From the IMG/VR virus record IMGVR_UViG_3300048687_000113, positions 45,244 through 109,243 of that record: 64,000 nt of DNA; one strand, given 5' to 3'. Each line of letters begins with the position of its first letter. Position 1 is the first letter of the stretch. Source of the stretch: a virus. The translations under genes were made by a program, and so were the position numbers. Below, in pieces: positions 8,059-17,103 of this stretch. The notes under the pieces were generated by a model, which saw nothing but the letters and a program-made list of their open reading frames with translations, was not told the DNA's origin and did not search any database.

Positions 8059-8303
8059 CATGCATGGACTTCCTCAATCCGCCAGCCAGTGTGGCACGTT
8101 GCGCGATCGGGGCCATCCGCCGTTCGAGGGAGGGCGCTGTCGATGTCCGCCGGCTGGTTGCTCCAGCGCCAGCGCGCCCCGTCCCACACGACGAGCTGGC
8201 CGTGGGACGGGCACACGCAGCACTGCCCCGGCTGGGTCTCGGGGTCCACGGCGAACACGGCCAGGGCCTCGACGATGCAGCGGCATGCCGTCAGGCCGCT
8301 CAT
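8058..8303 (-). CDS. small Cys-rich hypothetical protein
   Basis: CRC...CCVCPSH; ATGA-coupled to the upstream gene. Confidence 0.55.
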   Translation of the reverse strand: MSGLTACRCIVEALAVFAVDPETQPGQCCVCPSHGQLVVWDGARWRWSNQPADIDSALPRTADGPDRATCHTGWRIEEVHA

Positions 8304-8653
8304 GCGGCCGGTTTCCCGTCGCAGGTCGCCTTCGTCCAGTGCCAGTAGCCGCACGGGCACAGCCGCATGCCGTGGGCGTCGTCCTGGAGCTGGTAGACGC
8401 ACCGCACGCTCTCGCCGGCCGGCCACGGCGGACGGTGGTAGACGGCCCAGGCGCGAAGCGAGGCGCCGCAGCAGCGCATCCACCCCCCGCCCTTGGTCTG
8501 CGGGGGCGTGAAGGCGTCCGGGTCGGCGTCGAAGACCGCCTGAGCGGGATAGAAGTCGTGGCAGTCCCCGCAGTACCCGTACTCCATTTGGGTGGGGCTC
8601 AATTCATTGTTGCACTCGGGGCAAACGGCCCCGGTCTCGTGCCGTGAATCCAT
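8300..8653 (-). CDS. zinc-ribbon hypothetical protein
   Basis: CPEC...CGDC, CCG, CPCG motifs. Confidence 0.65.
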   Translation of the reverse strand: MDSRHETGAVCPECNNELSPTQMEYGYCGDCHDFYPAQAVFDADPDAFTPPQTKGGGWMRCCGASLRAWAVYHRPPWPAGESVRCVYQLQDDAHGMRLCPCGYWHWTKATCDGKPAA

Positions 8654-8666
8654 AGGGGGGACAGTA

Positions 8667-9167
8667 ATGGCTACGATGCCGATCATGCCGGAAGCAGTGA
8701 GTGTCGGAACTGACTGGCGTCTCCTCGGGTGCGCCTATGTTCAGTTCTTCGTCACCAAGGACAGGACCAACCAACGGCTCCTGGAATCACATCCCTTCGA
8801 CCTCTCGGCGAGTGTCGGCCGACTGGCTTATGCCATCAGTGAGGAGGTGTTCTTCCCGAAAGTGTTCGGGGTCGAGACCGACAGTTCCTACCGTGCCGTC
8901 GAAAGCCTGCGCCACCACGATCCCGCCTTCGGTGCCGCGTGGCTGCGCCGGGCGCGTTACCGACGCCAGGGCTTGGGCCTTACCCTCGCACCAAAGCGCA
9001 GGTCACGGCACGTTGCGGCCGATATTGCCCGCATGCTGTGCGCCTCCTGGGCGCACGCCCACGACCCGCAGCAGCATGCGTTCCAGGTCTGCGACATCGT
9101 GCCGGTGATGCTCGATGAAATCCGCTCGGGGCTACGCCATTCGAGTGAGTACCCAACAGATCCGTAA
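8667..9167 (+). CDS. hypothetical protein
   Basis: Protein-like ORF; start uncertain. Confidence 0.5.
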   Translation: MATMPIMPEAVSVGTDWRLLGCAYVQFFVTKDRTNQRLLESHPFDLSASVGRLAYAISEEVFFPKVFGVETDSSYRAVESLRHHDPAFGAAWLRRARYRRQGLGLTLAPKRRSRHVAADIARMLCASWAHAHDPQQHAFQVCDIVPVMLDEIRSGLRHSSEYPTDP

Positions 9168-9343
9168 CCGATCAGGAGGCCACGCGTTTATGGGTTTGTA
9201 CGGTGTCTATCTGGGCGCCCGGCCTGCCCTCGTCGGCCGGTGTGCATCCCGGATACCTGTGCACGGGAGTCCCCTGGTGCCGCATCCACACAGGGGGCTC
9301 CCTTTTTTGCCTGCTTTGACGCCGAACAAGCGAAGGGAGTGCC

Positions 9344-9592
9344 ATGACTGAGAAAATGCAAGTGCTCCAAGCACTGTCCCGTACAGCAGACGCCAATATG
9401 TGGGACATCTCCGAGTCTCTCGCCGTTCTGCCGGGCCGCGTCTTCGCCGCGCTCCAGGCGCTCATCCGGGAGGGGATGGTCACCAGTGACCGGCCGGCCG
9501 ACGACCTCCGGTACGCGCTCACCGATGCCGGCCGCGACACCGTTGTCTCCTGGGAGCCGGCCCTGCGGCGCGAGGAGGCAAGCCGTGCCTGA
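9344..9592 (+). CDS. small winged-helix DNA-binding protein
   Basis: ISESLAVLPGRVFAALQALIREGMV...RYALTDAGR resembles a PadR/MarR-like wHTH; GGGAG RBS. Confidence 0.7.
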   Translation: MTEKMQVLQALSRTADANMWDISESLAVLPGRVFAALQALIREGMVTSDRPADDLRYALTDAGRDTVVSWEPALRREEASRA

Positions 9593-10007
9593 TGAACCCA
9601 CCCTCGACCTGCGACCCGACCGGGCCGCCGAACTTCTTCAGAGCCTGATGGAAGTGCTCTACCTCTCCACGGCCTGCGCGCTGGGGCACCACTCCATGTG
9701 CCGGGGCGTGGAACCCTTCCGGGGCCTCGTGTGCTGCTGCCTCGACTGCGAGCACACCGACGTCCACAGCACCGGGCCGACCTCGGCCGGCGTCCCCCTG
9801 CTGCACAAAGTACTCGCGGAGGAAGAGCGGCTCGACAGCCACAGCTACCTCGACGGCGACGATCTCGGGGTGCGCACCGACCTCGTCGAGGCCCTGGAGA
9901 AAGACCTCGAAGAGGCCGACCCACACACGAGCCCCGAGAAGCGCCGGCTGCTGGCCGTGCAGCTCGGAGTCACCGCGTGCCTCATCTTCGCCCCCAGGGG
10001 CCTTTGA
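9585..10007 (+). CDS. hypothetical protein with Cys/His cluster
   Basis: GAGGAGG RBS, GTG start; CALGHHSMC...CCCLDCEH. Confidence 0.6.
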   Translation: MPDEPTLDLRPDRAAELLQSLMEVLYLSTACALGHHSMCRGVEPFRGLVCCCLDCEHTDVHSTGPTSAGVPLLHKVLAEEERLDSHSYLDGDDLGVRTDLVEALEKDLEEADPHTSPEKRRLLAVQLGVTACLIFAPRGL

Positions 10008-10154
10008 CACTCAGGGCTCCGCCGTTCGGGCGAGACAGAAACAGTTCCACAACTGCCGTGATTCCCCGGGAAATGCGCTTCGGAAGTGAGGCGCAGTCCT
10101 TTCACCCGTGCGGCCGTCCGTGTCGCCGGCAACAGTTGCTGGCTGCTCGTGACC

Positions 10155-10493
10155 ATGGGCGTCATGCACAGCGAGCTGGAATCCGGACTGACCGTGTACC
10201 GCGAGCGCGCCTATCTGCTGGGCGGCTATGTAGCCATGTTCGGCGGTGTGTTCTCCCACACCGACCAACAGGCCCCCGACTACCCGGTCCTGTACGTCGA
10301 GACCCCGAAGGGCCAGGTCTCCTGGCACATCCACCCCGACGACCTGGATTGCTTCGACGGGCTGAACATCCCCAGCATTGACGCCTACCCGTGGGACGGC
10401 CACTCCACGGAGGAGAAGTACTTGCGCGTCCAGGCGCTCAATCTACTGATCCCGAAAATGACCTACGCACGCCCCCGTTACGGAAACCCGTAA
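10155..10493 (+). CDS. WDGH-domain / Tad1-like anti-defence (nucleotide sponge) protein
   Basis: YRERAYL...ETPKGQVSWHI...WDGHSTEEKYLR matches the Tad1/WDGH family pattern. Confidence 0.75.
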   Translation: MGVMHSELESGLTVYRERAYLLGGYVAMFGGVFSHTDQQAPDYPVLYVETPKGQVSWHIHPDDLDCFDGLNIPSIDAYPWDGHSTEEKYLRVQALNLLIPKMTYARPRYGNP

Positions 10494-10503
10494 CCCCCGA
10501 GCT

Positions 10504-10549
10504 GAGGCCCGCGTTCTGAGACATTCCCCGAGCCAGGACGCGGGCCTCA
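10504..10549 (+). terminator. stem-loop terminator
   Basis: tgaggcccgcgttctg...caggacgcgggcctca. Confidence 0.6.
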
Positions 10550-10616
10550 CCCCAGCCACGATTACCACGCACAATTTTGCGGCGGCCACCGTGGATTACA
10601 CCCCACCCGAAACGAG

Positions 10617-10928
10617 GTGACCGTCATGCCGCTCGTCAGGCGCCCCAATCCGTCGTGGCAGGCGTTCCAGGAGGTGCTCCCCGGCACCCCCACCGGCGGC
10701 CCTCGAAGCCAGCTCGCGGCCGGCTGGCCCACCGAGCTGCCCGACCCCCGGGCCGGCGCCACCCCCGCCCTCGAAGCCGCGTCCCTGCCGCGCCCCACCG
10801 CACAGCCCGGCACCACCCCGGTACGCGGCCGGCCCACCCGCTCCCAGCTCGGCCTCGGCGCCTCCCCCACCGGAGCGCCGGCCACCACCAACGGCCGCTC
10901 CAGCATCTTCTCCGCGCCCACCTACTGA
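10617..10928 (+). CDS. Pro/Thr-rich hypothetical protein
   Basis: Follows an ATTACC-N20-CACCGT promoter; GAGGTG RBS. Confidence 0.55.
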   Translation: MTVMPLVRRPNPSWQAFQEVLPGTPTGGPRSQLAAGWPTELPDPRAGATPALEAASLPRPTAQPGTTPVRGRPTRSQLGLGASPTGAPATTNGRSSIFSAPTY

Positions 10929-10942
10929 CCCCGGAGGTCCCC

Positions 10943-11008
10943 ATGTCCGCTGTGCTCGATGCCCTCGTATCCGTGTGCGCTCACGTCGGCGTACTCGTCG
11001 GCCTGTAG
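10943..11008 (+). CDS. 21-aa hydrophobic peptide MSAVLDALVSVCAHVGVLVGL
   Basis: GGAGG RBS, ATG, TAG stop, followed by a terminator. Confidence 0.45.
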   Translation: MSAVLDALVSVCAHVGVLVGL

Positions 11009-11058
11009 CCGCGCCGAAGCCGTCCGCCGGCGGGAAGGCGAAGTCCCGCAAGCGGTCA

Positions 11059-11108
11059 TGAGAACGGCCCGCTCCCCTTGATCACGTCAGGGGAGCGGGC
11101 CGTTCTCA
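11059..11108. terminator. bidirectional terminator
   Basis: 19-bp inverted repeat tgagaacggcccgctcccc / ggggagcgggccgttctca. Confidence 0.8.
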
Positions 11109-11126
11109 GTCGGCTAGTTCAGATAC

Positions 11127-11372
11127 TCACTTCTTGGGGGTCAGGCCCTGCTGTCCGGCCTTCACACCTCCGCAGAAGGCCGTGTACTCGCCATCCGTCA
11201 GCCAGATCTTCTGGTCCTGGTTGATCGAGTGGCGCAGCACCCAGCCGCCATCGAGCTGTGCGACCTCCAGGCAGTCACCCGAGCCGCCACCACCGGAGAG
11301 TTCCGACTTGGTCCACTTGATTCCCGTGAGGTCCTGCGCCTGGAGGGCCTGGAGGGCTTGTTCCTTAGTCAC
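11127..11372 (-). CDS. DUF397 protein (Scr2/BldB-like)
   Basis: WTKSELSGGGGSGDCLEVA...VLRHS...YTAFCGGVKAG. Confidence 0.9.
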   Translation of the reverse strand: MTKEQALQALQAQDLTGIKWTKSELSGGGGSGDCLEVAQLDGGWVLRHSINQDQKIWLTDGEYTAFCGGVKAGQQGLTPKK

Positions 11373-12243
11373 GCGACAACTCTTTTCTGACTGCACGAAT
11401 TTGCTCCAACGATTCCAACGGTGAGAGAGACAACTCCTTGGATGATTCGAGGAGTCCTCGGATGCCCCGAACCTCCTTGGCTCTCTTCTCGAAGGACATC
11501 CCCGTCACGCCGTCGAACGCCGCGATCGGGCTCTCGCTTGCTCCACTGAACTCGAACAAGTGAAAGAAGTAGGTCAGCGTCGCTTCCGCGCTGAAGGGGA
11601 TGATGCGGACCTTCACGCCTCTGTCTGTGATGTCCGCGATTAGCGAGTCAAGCTGCTCCAGCATGGACGTCCTGCCGCCCACCTGTTGCAGCAGGGCCCC
11701 CTCTCCGATGATCGCTTCCACGGCAGGCGGCGTGCTCTTGTCGAACACGCGGCGCCGGTTCTTTCGCAGCTCGACGGATCGCTCAACCATCACGGTACTG
11801 AGCGAATCCTTGGAGAGGTGACTGGTGACCGCCCGACCGTAGTTGGGGGTCTGGAGGAGGCCGGGGATCAGGTTGCCGGCGCACGTGGTGATCGTCCGTG
11901 CCGCGTCCTCGTAGGCCACGAACGTGATGAGCGACTCCGGGAAATCCTCGTCGAACTCGGTCCACCAGGCGCTGGCGATCGACATGCCTTCGCGGCGCAT
12001 CGTGGTCAGCGTGACGCGCGTCTCCGTGTCGAGCTGGAGGCACTTCACTATCGCCTTCCACTCGGCGTCGGTGGGCCACGTTTCGCCCCGTTCCATCCGG
12101 GAGTAGCGGTGGTAGCTCCTCTGTCCCATCGCCTGCGCGACGTGAAGCTGCTTCACTGTGCCGCCTGGTGCGGCGATGCGCGCCCTCTTCAGCTCGTCGC
12201 CGAACCGCTTCCTCGCGAACATCGCTGCTGTGTTGACGGCCAT
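11365..12243 (-). CDS. XRE-family HTH regulator with DUF5753 domain (Scr1/WhiJ-like)
   Basis: FGDELKRAR...SRMERG; WW; YEDAA; LIPGLLQTPNY; IIGEGAL; SPLESLEQI. Confidence 0.92.
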   Translation of the reverse strand: MAVNTAAMFARKRFGDELKRARIAAPGGTVKQLHVAQAMGQRSYHRYSRMERGETWPTDAEWKAIVKCLQLDTETRVTLTTMRREGMSIASAWWTEFDEDFPESLITFVAYEDAARTITTCAGNLIPGLLQTPNYGRAVTSHLSKDSLSTVMVERSVELRKNRRRVFDKSTPPAVEAIIGEGALLQQVGGRTSMLEQLDSLIADITDRGVKVRIIPFSAEATLTYFFHLFEFSGASESPIAAFDGVTGMSFEKRAKEVRGIRGLLESSKELSLSPLESLEQIRAVRKELSRD

Positions 12244-12337
12244 CTCCACCCCTCCCTGAGCCCTGTCGGCGGTTGAGGGCAGCGTAACGCGGGGGCGCCC
12301 AATCACGGCACGTCCGAGGGGAATTCTGGCGATGGGG

Positions 12338-12367
12338 TTGCGTACGCAGTTACGTACGCACCAGACT
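12338..12367 (+). promoter_or_regulatory. TTGCGT-N18-CAGACT promoter overlapped by TGCGTACGCA-GT-TACGTACGCA operator, copy 3
   Basis: Operator lies across the -35 and spacer, in the XRE/HATPase divergent intergenic region. Confidence 0.75.
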
Positions 12368-12448
12368 CGTCGTCACGCACCGGACGATCCACGTCGCGGT
12401 GTGTGACGAAGCTATGCGGCTGGCCGCAGCCGCGTGCCGGAGGCTGCC

Positions 12449-12853
12449 ATGCCCACATTAGGGCAACTGCAAGGGCCGACATCCGTGTGCAGAACTTTCA
12501 CCACAGCTCCGAACACCGTTGAAATGGCGCGGAGTTGGGCCTGGAAGCGATGCGCTGAGTTCGGCGTCTCTGAAGAACTAGTGGACACCTACAAGCTCCT
12601 CATCAGCGAGACCGCCACGAACGCGGTCACGCACAGCGGTGGCGAGGAGTACACCGTAGTGGTCTGTCCGGATGGCTGGATCGAAGTCTGGGACGACAGT
12701 CCGAAGTTGCCCAGGCAGAAACCGCATGACCTGGACTCACTGGGAGGCCGGGGCCTGGAGCTGCTGGAGCTTTTGGCCCCTGGTTACCTGGTAGTTGAGG
12801 ACGCCAAGCGCGGCGGGAAGTGCGTGCGCTTCCTTCCGAAAGAGATCGCGTGA
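12449..12853 (+). CDS. HATPase_c anti-sigma-like ATP-binding protein; TTA at codon 4
   Basis: LLISETATNAVTH, IEVWDDSP, GGRGLELL, GKCVRF; GGAGG RBS. Confidence 0.88.
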   Translation: MPTLGQLQGPTSVCRTFTTAPNTVEMARSWAWKRCAEFGVSEELVDTYKLLISETATNAVTHSGGEEYTVVVCPDGWIEVWDDSPKLPRQKPHDLDSLGGRGLELLELLAPGYLVVEDAKRGGKCVRFLPKEIA

Positions 12854-13338
12854 GCGTTCGCCTGACCGTCTTGGACGAGCGGACGCTGGACGGCGACCTG
12901 ACCCCGGACCTTCCGGTTCGGCTGCACCTTCTGGGCCACTACTTGGCGCCGGTGGACGGTGTCGAGGTCGCGGAGATCGAGGTCCGCCTGAACCCTGCGA
13001 CCCTCACCGATCTCGTGGCCCAGGCGCGGGCGGCCCAGATGGATCTCGCACGACGTGCGCGCCGCGATGCGGACACGGTGGCCTTTGCCGCCCAAGTCGC
13101 TTTCGGCTCACGAACGTTGGCCCGCAACGACCCAGCCGTGCTTCAACGCGTCCATGACGCGCTACAGGCCATACCGCACCAGGACTTGCCGGTACGGGGC
13201 GGCCCCCGGCCGGCGAGATCGCGAACGGGGAACCCACCGGGGGGTGCCGATCGCGAGTACGGCAGGGAGACACCGCGAACCTCCGAGCCGTACAAGCCGC
13301 CCTTGCCGCGCCGCCAGCTCGGCAAGGGCGGCCCATAA
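12850..13338 (+). CDS. hypothetical protein
   Basis: GTGA-coupled to the HATPase gene. Confidence 0.6.
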   Translation: MSVRLTVLDERTLDGDLTPDLPVRLHLLGHYLAPVDGVEVAEIEVRLNPATLTDLVAQARAAQMDLARRARRDADTVAFAAQVAFGSRTLARNDPAVLQRVHDALQAIPHQDLPVRGGPRPARSRTGNPPGGADREYGRETPRTSEPYKPPLPRRQLGKGGP

Positions 13339-13488
13339 CTGCGGCGGAGGGGACAAGGCGCGACAGGAGCGCCTCGGGCCGGCTGTCCGGGAGTGCGCCC
13401 CGGCCAGTCCCCCTCCGCCGCTCTGACGGGCCCGGCCGGTGCACTGCGCCGTACCGGCCGGGCCCTCCCATCGAGGAGACCTACCGCA

Positions 13489-13689
13489 ATGAGCAAGCTG
13501 ACCGGCAGTTGCGTCACCGACATCTGCGCCCTGGCCAGCATTTTCGTCGTGACGATATTCGTCGGCCTCTTCTCGATGATGCGCGCGGTAACGCGACACC
13601 CGTCGTGGTGTCCCTGCCACGCCGAGAACGACGAACTCGACTATCTGGAACCCGACTTCGGGGCTCCCTCCAAGCGCACCGCTCCGTAA
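13489..13689 (+). CDS. small membrane protein
   Basis: GAGGAG RBS; one hydrophobic helix (ICALASIFVVTIFVGLFSMM). Confidence 0.55.
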   Translation: MSKLTGSCVTDICALASIFVVTIFVGLFSMMRAVTRHPSWCPCHAENDELDYLEPDFGAPSKRTAP

Positions 13690-13905
13690 GGGCGGTGCTG
13701 CACAGCCCGCAGCCGGCCTTCACTGGGTCCGCTGCGGAAGCGTTGCGATGGCGGGGCCGGTGCCAAACTCCCCGCGTCCCGGCCCCGCCATCTCAACGGG
13801 AACGTCACTTCGGACAGAGGAGCTCCCCGTGAGACATTCCCTTGAGTTACCGGGGCGGGCGGCAGCCTGCTGCCGCCGTATAGCGGTGCCATTGGTGCGT
13901 GCGTC

Positions 13906-14532
13906 GTGAGCGGATTCTTTTTGACGGTCGACGGTCCCAAGGGCGTCGGCAAGAGCGCTGTCGTCGACGAGGTCGCCGACCTCATCGAGGCGTCGGACGG
14001 GCAGGCCCTGGTCACGTCGGAACCGTCGAAGACCCCTCTGGGCAATCTGCTGCGCGTCAGCACCGAACGGTACCGGGGCTACAGCTTCGCGCACCTGATG
14101 GCCGGCGACCGGCTCGACCACGTCGGCACCACGGTCCTGCCGGCCGTCCAAGCCGGCATCACGGTCGTCTGCGACCGGTACGTGGCCTCCTCCCTGGTGT
14201 CCCAGCGCCTCGACGGGATGCTCCTGGAGGAGACCTGGAACATCAATCAGCCGCTTCTTCTCCCGTCCCTCTCCGTCGTCCTCACGGGCACGGCGGAGGT
14301 CATCGCGGAGCGGCTGACCAAACGCGGCTACCGGTCCGCTCGCTACGCGCTGACGGACGGCTCTACAGCCCGGGAAATCCACTTCTTCGCTGAGGCCGCC
14401 CACTTCATGCGCTGCCAGGGAGTCCACGTCGTCACGATCGACTGCACCGAGCTGACCGTGTCACAGGTCGCCGCGCATATCGTCCAGGAAATTGACTCCA
14501 TGCAAATGGCCGAAGGACTCACGCGGTCCTGA
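13906..14532 (+). CDS. tmk: thymidylate (dTMP) kinase
   Basis: TVDGPKGVGKS P-loop; TSEPS; VVCDRYVASSLVSQ. Confidence 0.9.
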   Translation: MSGFFLTVDGPKGVGKSAVVDEVADLIEASDGQALVTSEPSKTPLGNLLRVSTERYRGYSFAHLMAGDRLDHVGTTVLPAVQAGITVVCDRYVASSLVSQRLDGMLLEETWNINQPLLLPSLSVVLTGTAEVIAERLTKRGYRSARYALTDGSTAREIHFFAEAAHFMRCQGVHVVTIDCTELTVSQVAAHIVQEIDSMQMAEGLTRS

Positions 14533-14564
14533 GCGGCCTGCCCTGTTGCAGGCCCCGGCCGCTG

Positions 14565-15842
14565 CTATGCGCGGTTCCGGAGCCGCTCGGCGAGGGCCTG
14601 GGCGTCGGAGGTGTCGCCGACGAGCGGCAGGCGGGCGGTGATGTTGCTCAGGCCGTCGTCGATGCGGACGGACTGCACGCCGTCGGCGCAGTCGAGGAAT
14701 TCGTTCCAGGTGGCCAGCGCGGTCTCGATGTTGCCGCGCTTGAGCTGGACCTGGCCCAGATCGGCCAGCACGATCGCGCGTGTGCGTTTGCGGTCCAGGC
14801 CGTGGATGTCGAGGGCGAGGTGCAGGTGGTCTTCGGCGGCGGCGAGGTCACCGAGGCGCGCGTGGATCATGCCGGACTCGTGGGCCCACCGGCCGGGGCT
14901 GTAGTGCGAGGCCCAGGACTGTCCGGGCCGGGCGGGGGCACGCTCGATCGCCTGCTGGGAGCCGGCCAGCATTTTCGCCGCCGTCGCCCCGTCGCCGTCG
15001 GCAGCCGCCGCGCGGGCGAAGGTGTTGCGGTAGTACGCGAGTGCTTTGAAATTGTCCAGGCGCCGGCCGCGCTGCTCGCATGCTTCCGCGATCCGCACCG
15101 CCACCGGGATGTGCCCCAGGTCGATGGCCTGGTCCGCCAGGCCGCGCAGTGCGGTGGCGGCCAGCTCGTTCTCGCCGGCTTCGGCTGCCAGCCGGTACGA
15201 GTACAGGTGGTACTTCTGGCACAGTCCGTCCAGGCCTTCGTCGCGGGCCATCCATCCGATGAGCTGGACCAGTTCGGAGGTTGCGGCGAACAGGTCGCGC
15301 CCGACCGGGTCGGTGAAGCGGCCGTTGAGCCAGCGCTGGACGTCGACCGTGAGGTAGCGGACGGCGAGGTGTCGGGCGTGCCCTCCGCCGAGTTCGGAGG
15401 CCGCGTCGCCCAGGGTCGTGGTCATGGTGCGCACGGCGGCGACTTCGCCCCTGCCGACCGCCACGGGGCCGGGGTTGCTCACGCGGCGGGTGACGGCGCC
15501 GGCATCGGGCAGGTCGAGGGCCGCCAGGCCGACTGCGGCCGAGGCGGTCACAAGGAACTGCCTTCGGTCCACGTCGCTGCCTCCCAGTCGCATCACTGCG
15601 GTCACGGTATCGACGAACTCAGGCTTATTGTCGCCGGATAAATCGATACCCAAGACACGCTCGATGAAGGGCAGCCACTCCGTGGGAATCCGGGTACCCG
15701 CTTCCCACCGGTAGACCTGCTGCCGGCCGACGAGACCGGTTCGGCCCCAGCGCATCAGCGACAGCTCGCCGGCGAGCTTGGCCTGACTGCAATGGGGCGT
15801 ACGGGCGGTGCGTGCCGCGCGGATGCGCTCTGCGATCGTCAT
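14565..15842 (-). CDS. XRE HTH plus TPR-like helical regulator (NsdA-like Streptomyces family)
   Basis: SQAKLA...QVYRWEAG.R.P; DRRQFL; LGGGHAR; LIGWMARD. Confidence 0.85.
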   Translation of the reverse strand: MTIAERIRAARTARTPHCSQAKLAGELSLMRWGRTGLVGRQQVYRWEAGTRIPTEWLPFIERVLGIDLSGDNKPEFVDTVTAVMRLGGSDVDRRQFLVTASAAVGLAALDLPDAGAVTRRVSNPGPVAVGRGEVAAVRTMTTTLGDAASELGGGHARHLAVRYLTVDVQRWLNGRFTDPVGRDLFAATSELVQLIGWMARDEGLDGLCQKYHLYSYRLAAEAGENELAATALRGLADQAIDLGHIPVAVRIAEACEQRGRRLDNFKALAYYRNTFARAAAADGDGATAAKMLAGSQQAIERAPARPGQSWASHYSPGRWAHESGMIHARLGDLAAAEDHLHLALDIHGLDRKRTRAIVLADLGQVQLKRGNIETALATWNEFLDCADGVQSVRIDDGLSNITARLPLVGDTSDAQALAERLRNRA

Positions 15843-15871
15843 GTCGGGCCGTTCTCGGTCCTGGTTCACAA

Positions 15872-15901
15872 CTGGCAGACATCTGGCAGACATTCTGGCA
15901 G
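15872..15901. promoter_or_regulatory. direct-repeat operator CTGGCAGACAT x2 plus CTGGCAG
   Basis: 11-12 bp period repeats in the divergent intergenic region. Confidence 0.65.
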
Positions 15902-15973
15902 CTTCCCGCAGGGCAGGACAGCGCGTTCACTCAGGAACGACAGCACGCAACACCCCGTCTCCTGGAGGAAGTT

Positions 15974-16561
15974 GTGACTCTCACCCTGACCCGCCCCACC
16001 CCCGAGTCGGTCGCCGAACGCGCTCGGACCATCCACGGCGACTGGCTCGCCGACCCCGAGATGGCTGCCGTCCTCGACGGGTGCGCGAAGTACTCGTCCG
16101 ACTGGGACGACTTCTACGGCGGCCCCCTGATCAGCAACTACAGCGTGGCCCAGGACGCCGGGAACTTGCTGGCCGACGCGGTGAAGGTCATGGCCATCAA
16201 GTCGGCCGTGTACGAGGTGACCGGTGACGAACTCGCCTCCGAGCTGCCCGTGCCGGTCCCGGTCGACGTCACCTGCCACGCGCTGTGCGCGCAGATCACC
16301 GCCCTGTCGCGAATCCAGACCCGCACCGGGCACCTGTTCGTGCACTCCACCGTCAACGAGCACGTCAACGACACCCCGTGGACCAGCGGCGACTACACGC
16401 ACCAGGCGTACCGGCAGGCGTTCGGGCCGGTCGACGAGCGGTACTGGTTCGACGCTTCCGAGGCCGAGCGGCGCCGGAAGATCCTCGACGCCAAGTACGC
16501 CACGATCGGCATCACCGACCGAGGAATGACCAGCGCGATTTCCTTCGCGCCGGCTTCGTAG
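15974..16561 (+). CDS. hypothetical protein (PVDxxxH...FxH pattern, glycine-rich-domain-like)
   Basis: GGAGGA RBS, GTG start; strong GC3 bias. Confidence 0.7.
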   Translation: MTLTLTRPTPESVAERARTIHGDWLADPEMAAVLDGCAKYSSDWDDFYGGPLISNYSVAQDAGNLLADAVKVMAIKSAVYEVTGDELASELPVPVPVDVTCHALCAQITALSRIQTRTGHLFVHSTVNEHVNDTPWTSGDYTHQAYRQAFGPVDERYWFDASEAERRRKILDAKYATIGITDRGMTSAISFAPAS

Positions 16562-16826
16562 CCTCCACGGTCTCCTGAGGGGACTCCGGCACGGACTCGG
16601 GTGCTTTCCGGTCCGGCTCCAGCCCGATCTTGTGCGGGTGGACGCATGCCGGGGTCCCCTCCGCCGTATAGCGGTACCCGTCGGCCTCGTTGAACTTCGT
16701 GTCGCGGTTGGGCCGTTCGTAGATGACGAACGCTTCGCGTGGCAGCCGCTTGGACGGGCAGATCCCGCACACCGGCCGTGCCGGATCGTCTTCGTCAGGG
16801 TCGATGTAGGGCTTCGGAGAGTCCAT
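16512..16826 (-). CDS. hypothetical protein (CxxC...CxH)
   Basis: MDSPKPYID...CGICP...CVHPH. Confidence 0.6.
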   Translation of the reverse strand: MDSPKPYIDPDEDDPARPVCGICPSKRLPREAFVIYERPNRDTKFNEADGYRYTAEGTPACVHPHKIGLEPDRKAPESVPESPQETVEATKPARRKSRWSFLGR

Positions 16827-17103
16827 AGCGCCGCACCATATCGACACTCAGGGCACGCTCAGGCGGAACTTGGCCAGCTTTCACCCGGCCCGGCTGCCGC
16901 CGGTCCTGCGGGCACATGTGTGTGGGGCGCGGTGGCGCCTCCGTCGGCAAACGGAATGCAGGCAACACCGCGCCCCACGTTAGAGCCAGGCGCCCACCAC
17001 TATCAGGGGTGCTCCGTGGCGGTTTCACGGTAGAGGGCGCTGCCGGTCCGGGGCCAGCGCCGCAGGGGTTTTGGGACGGTGCCGCATCAATGGGGCGCGG
17101 GCT

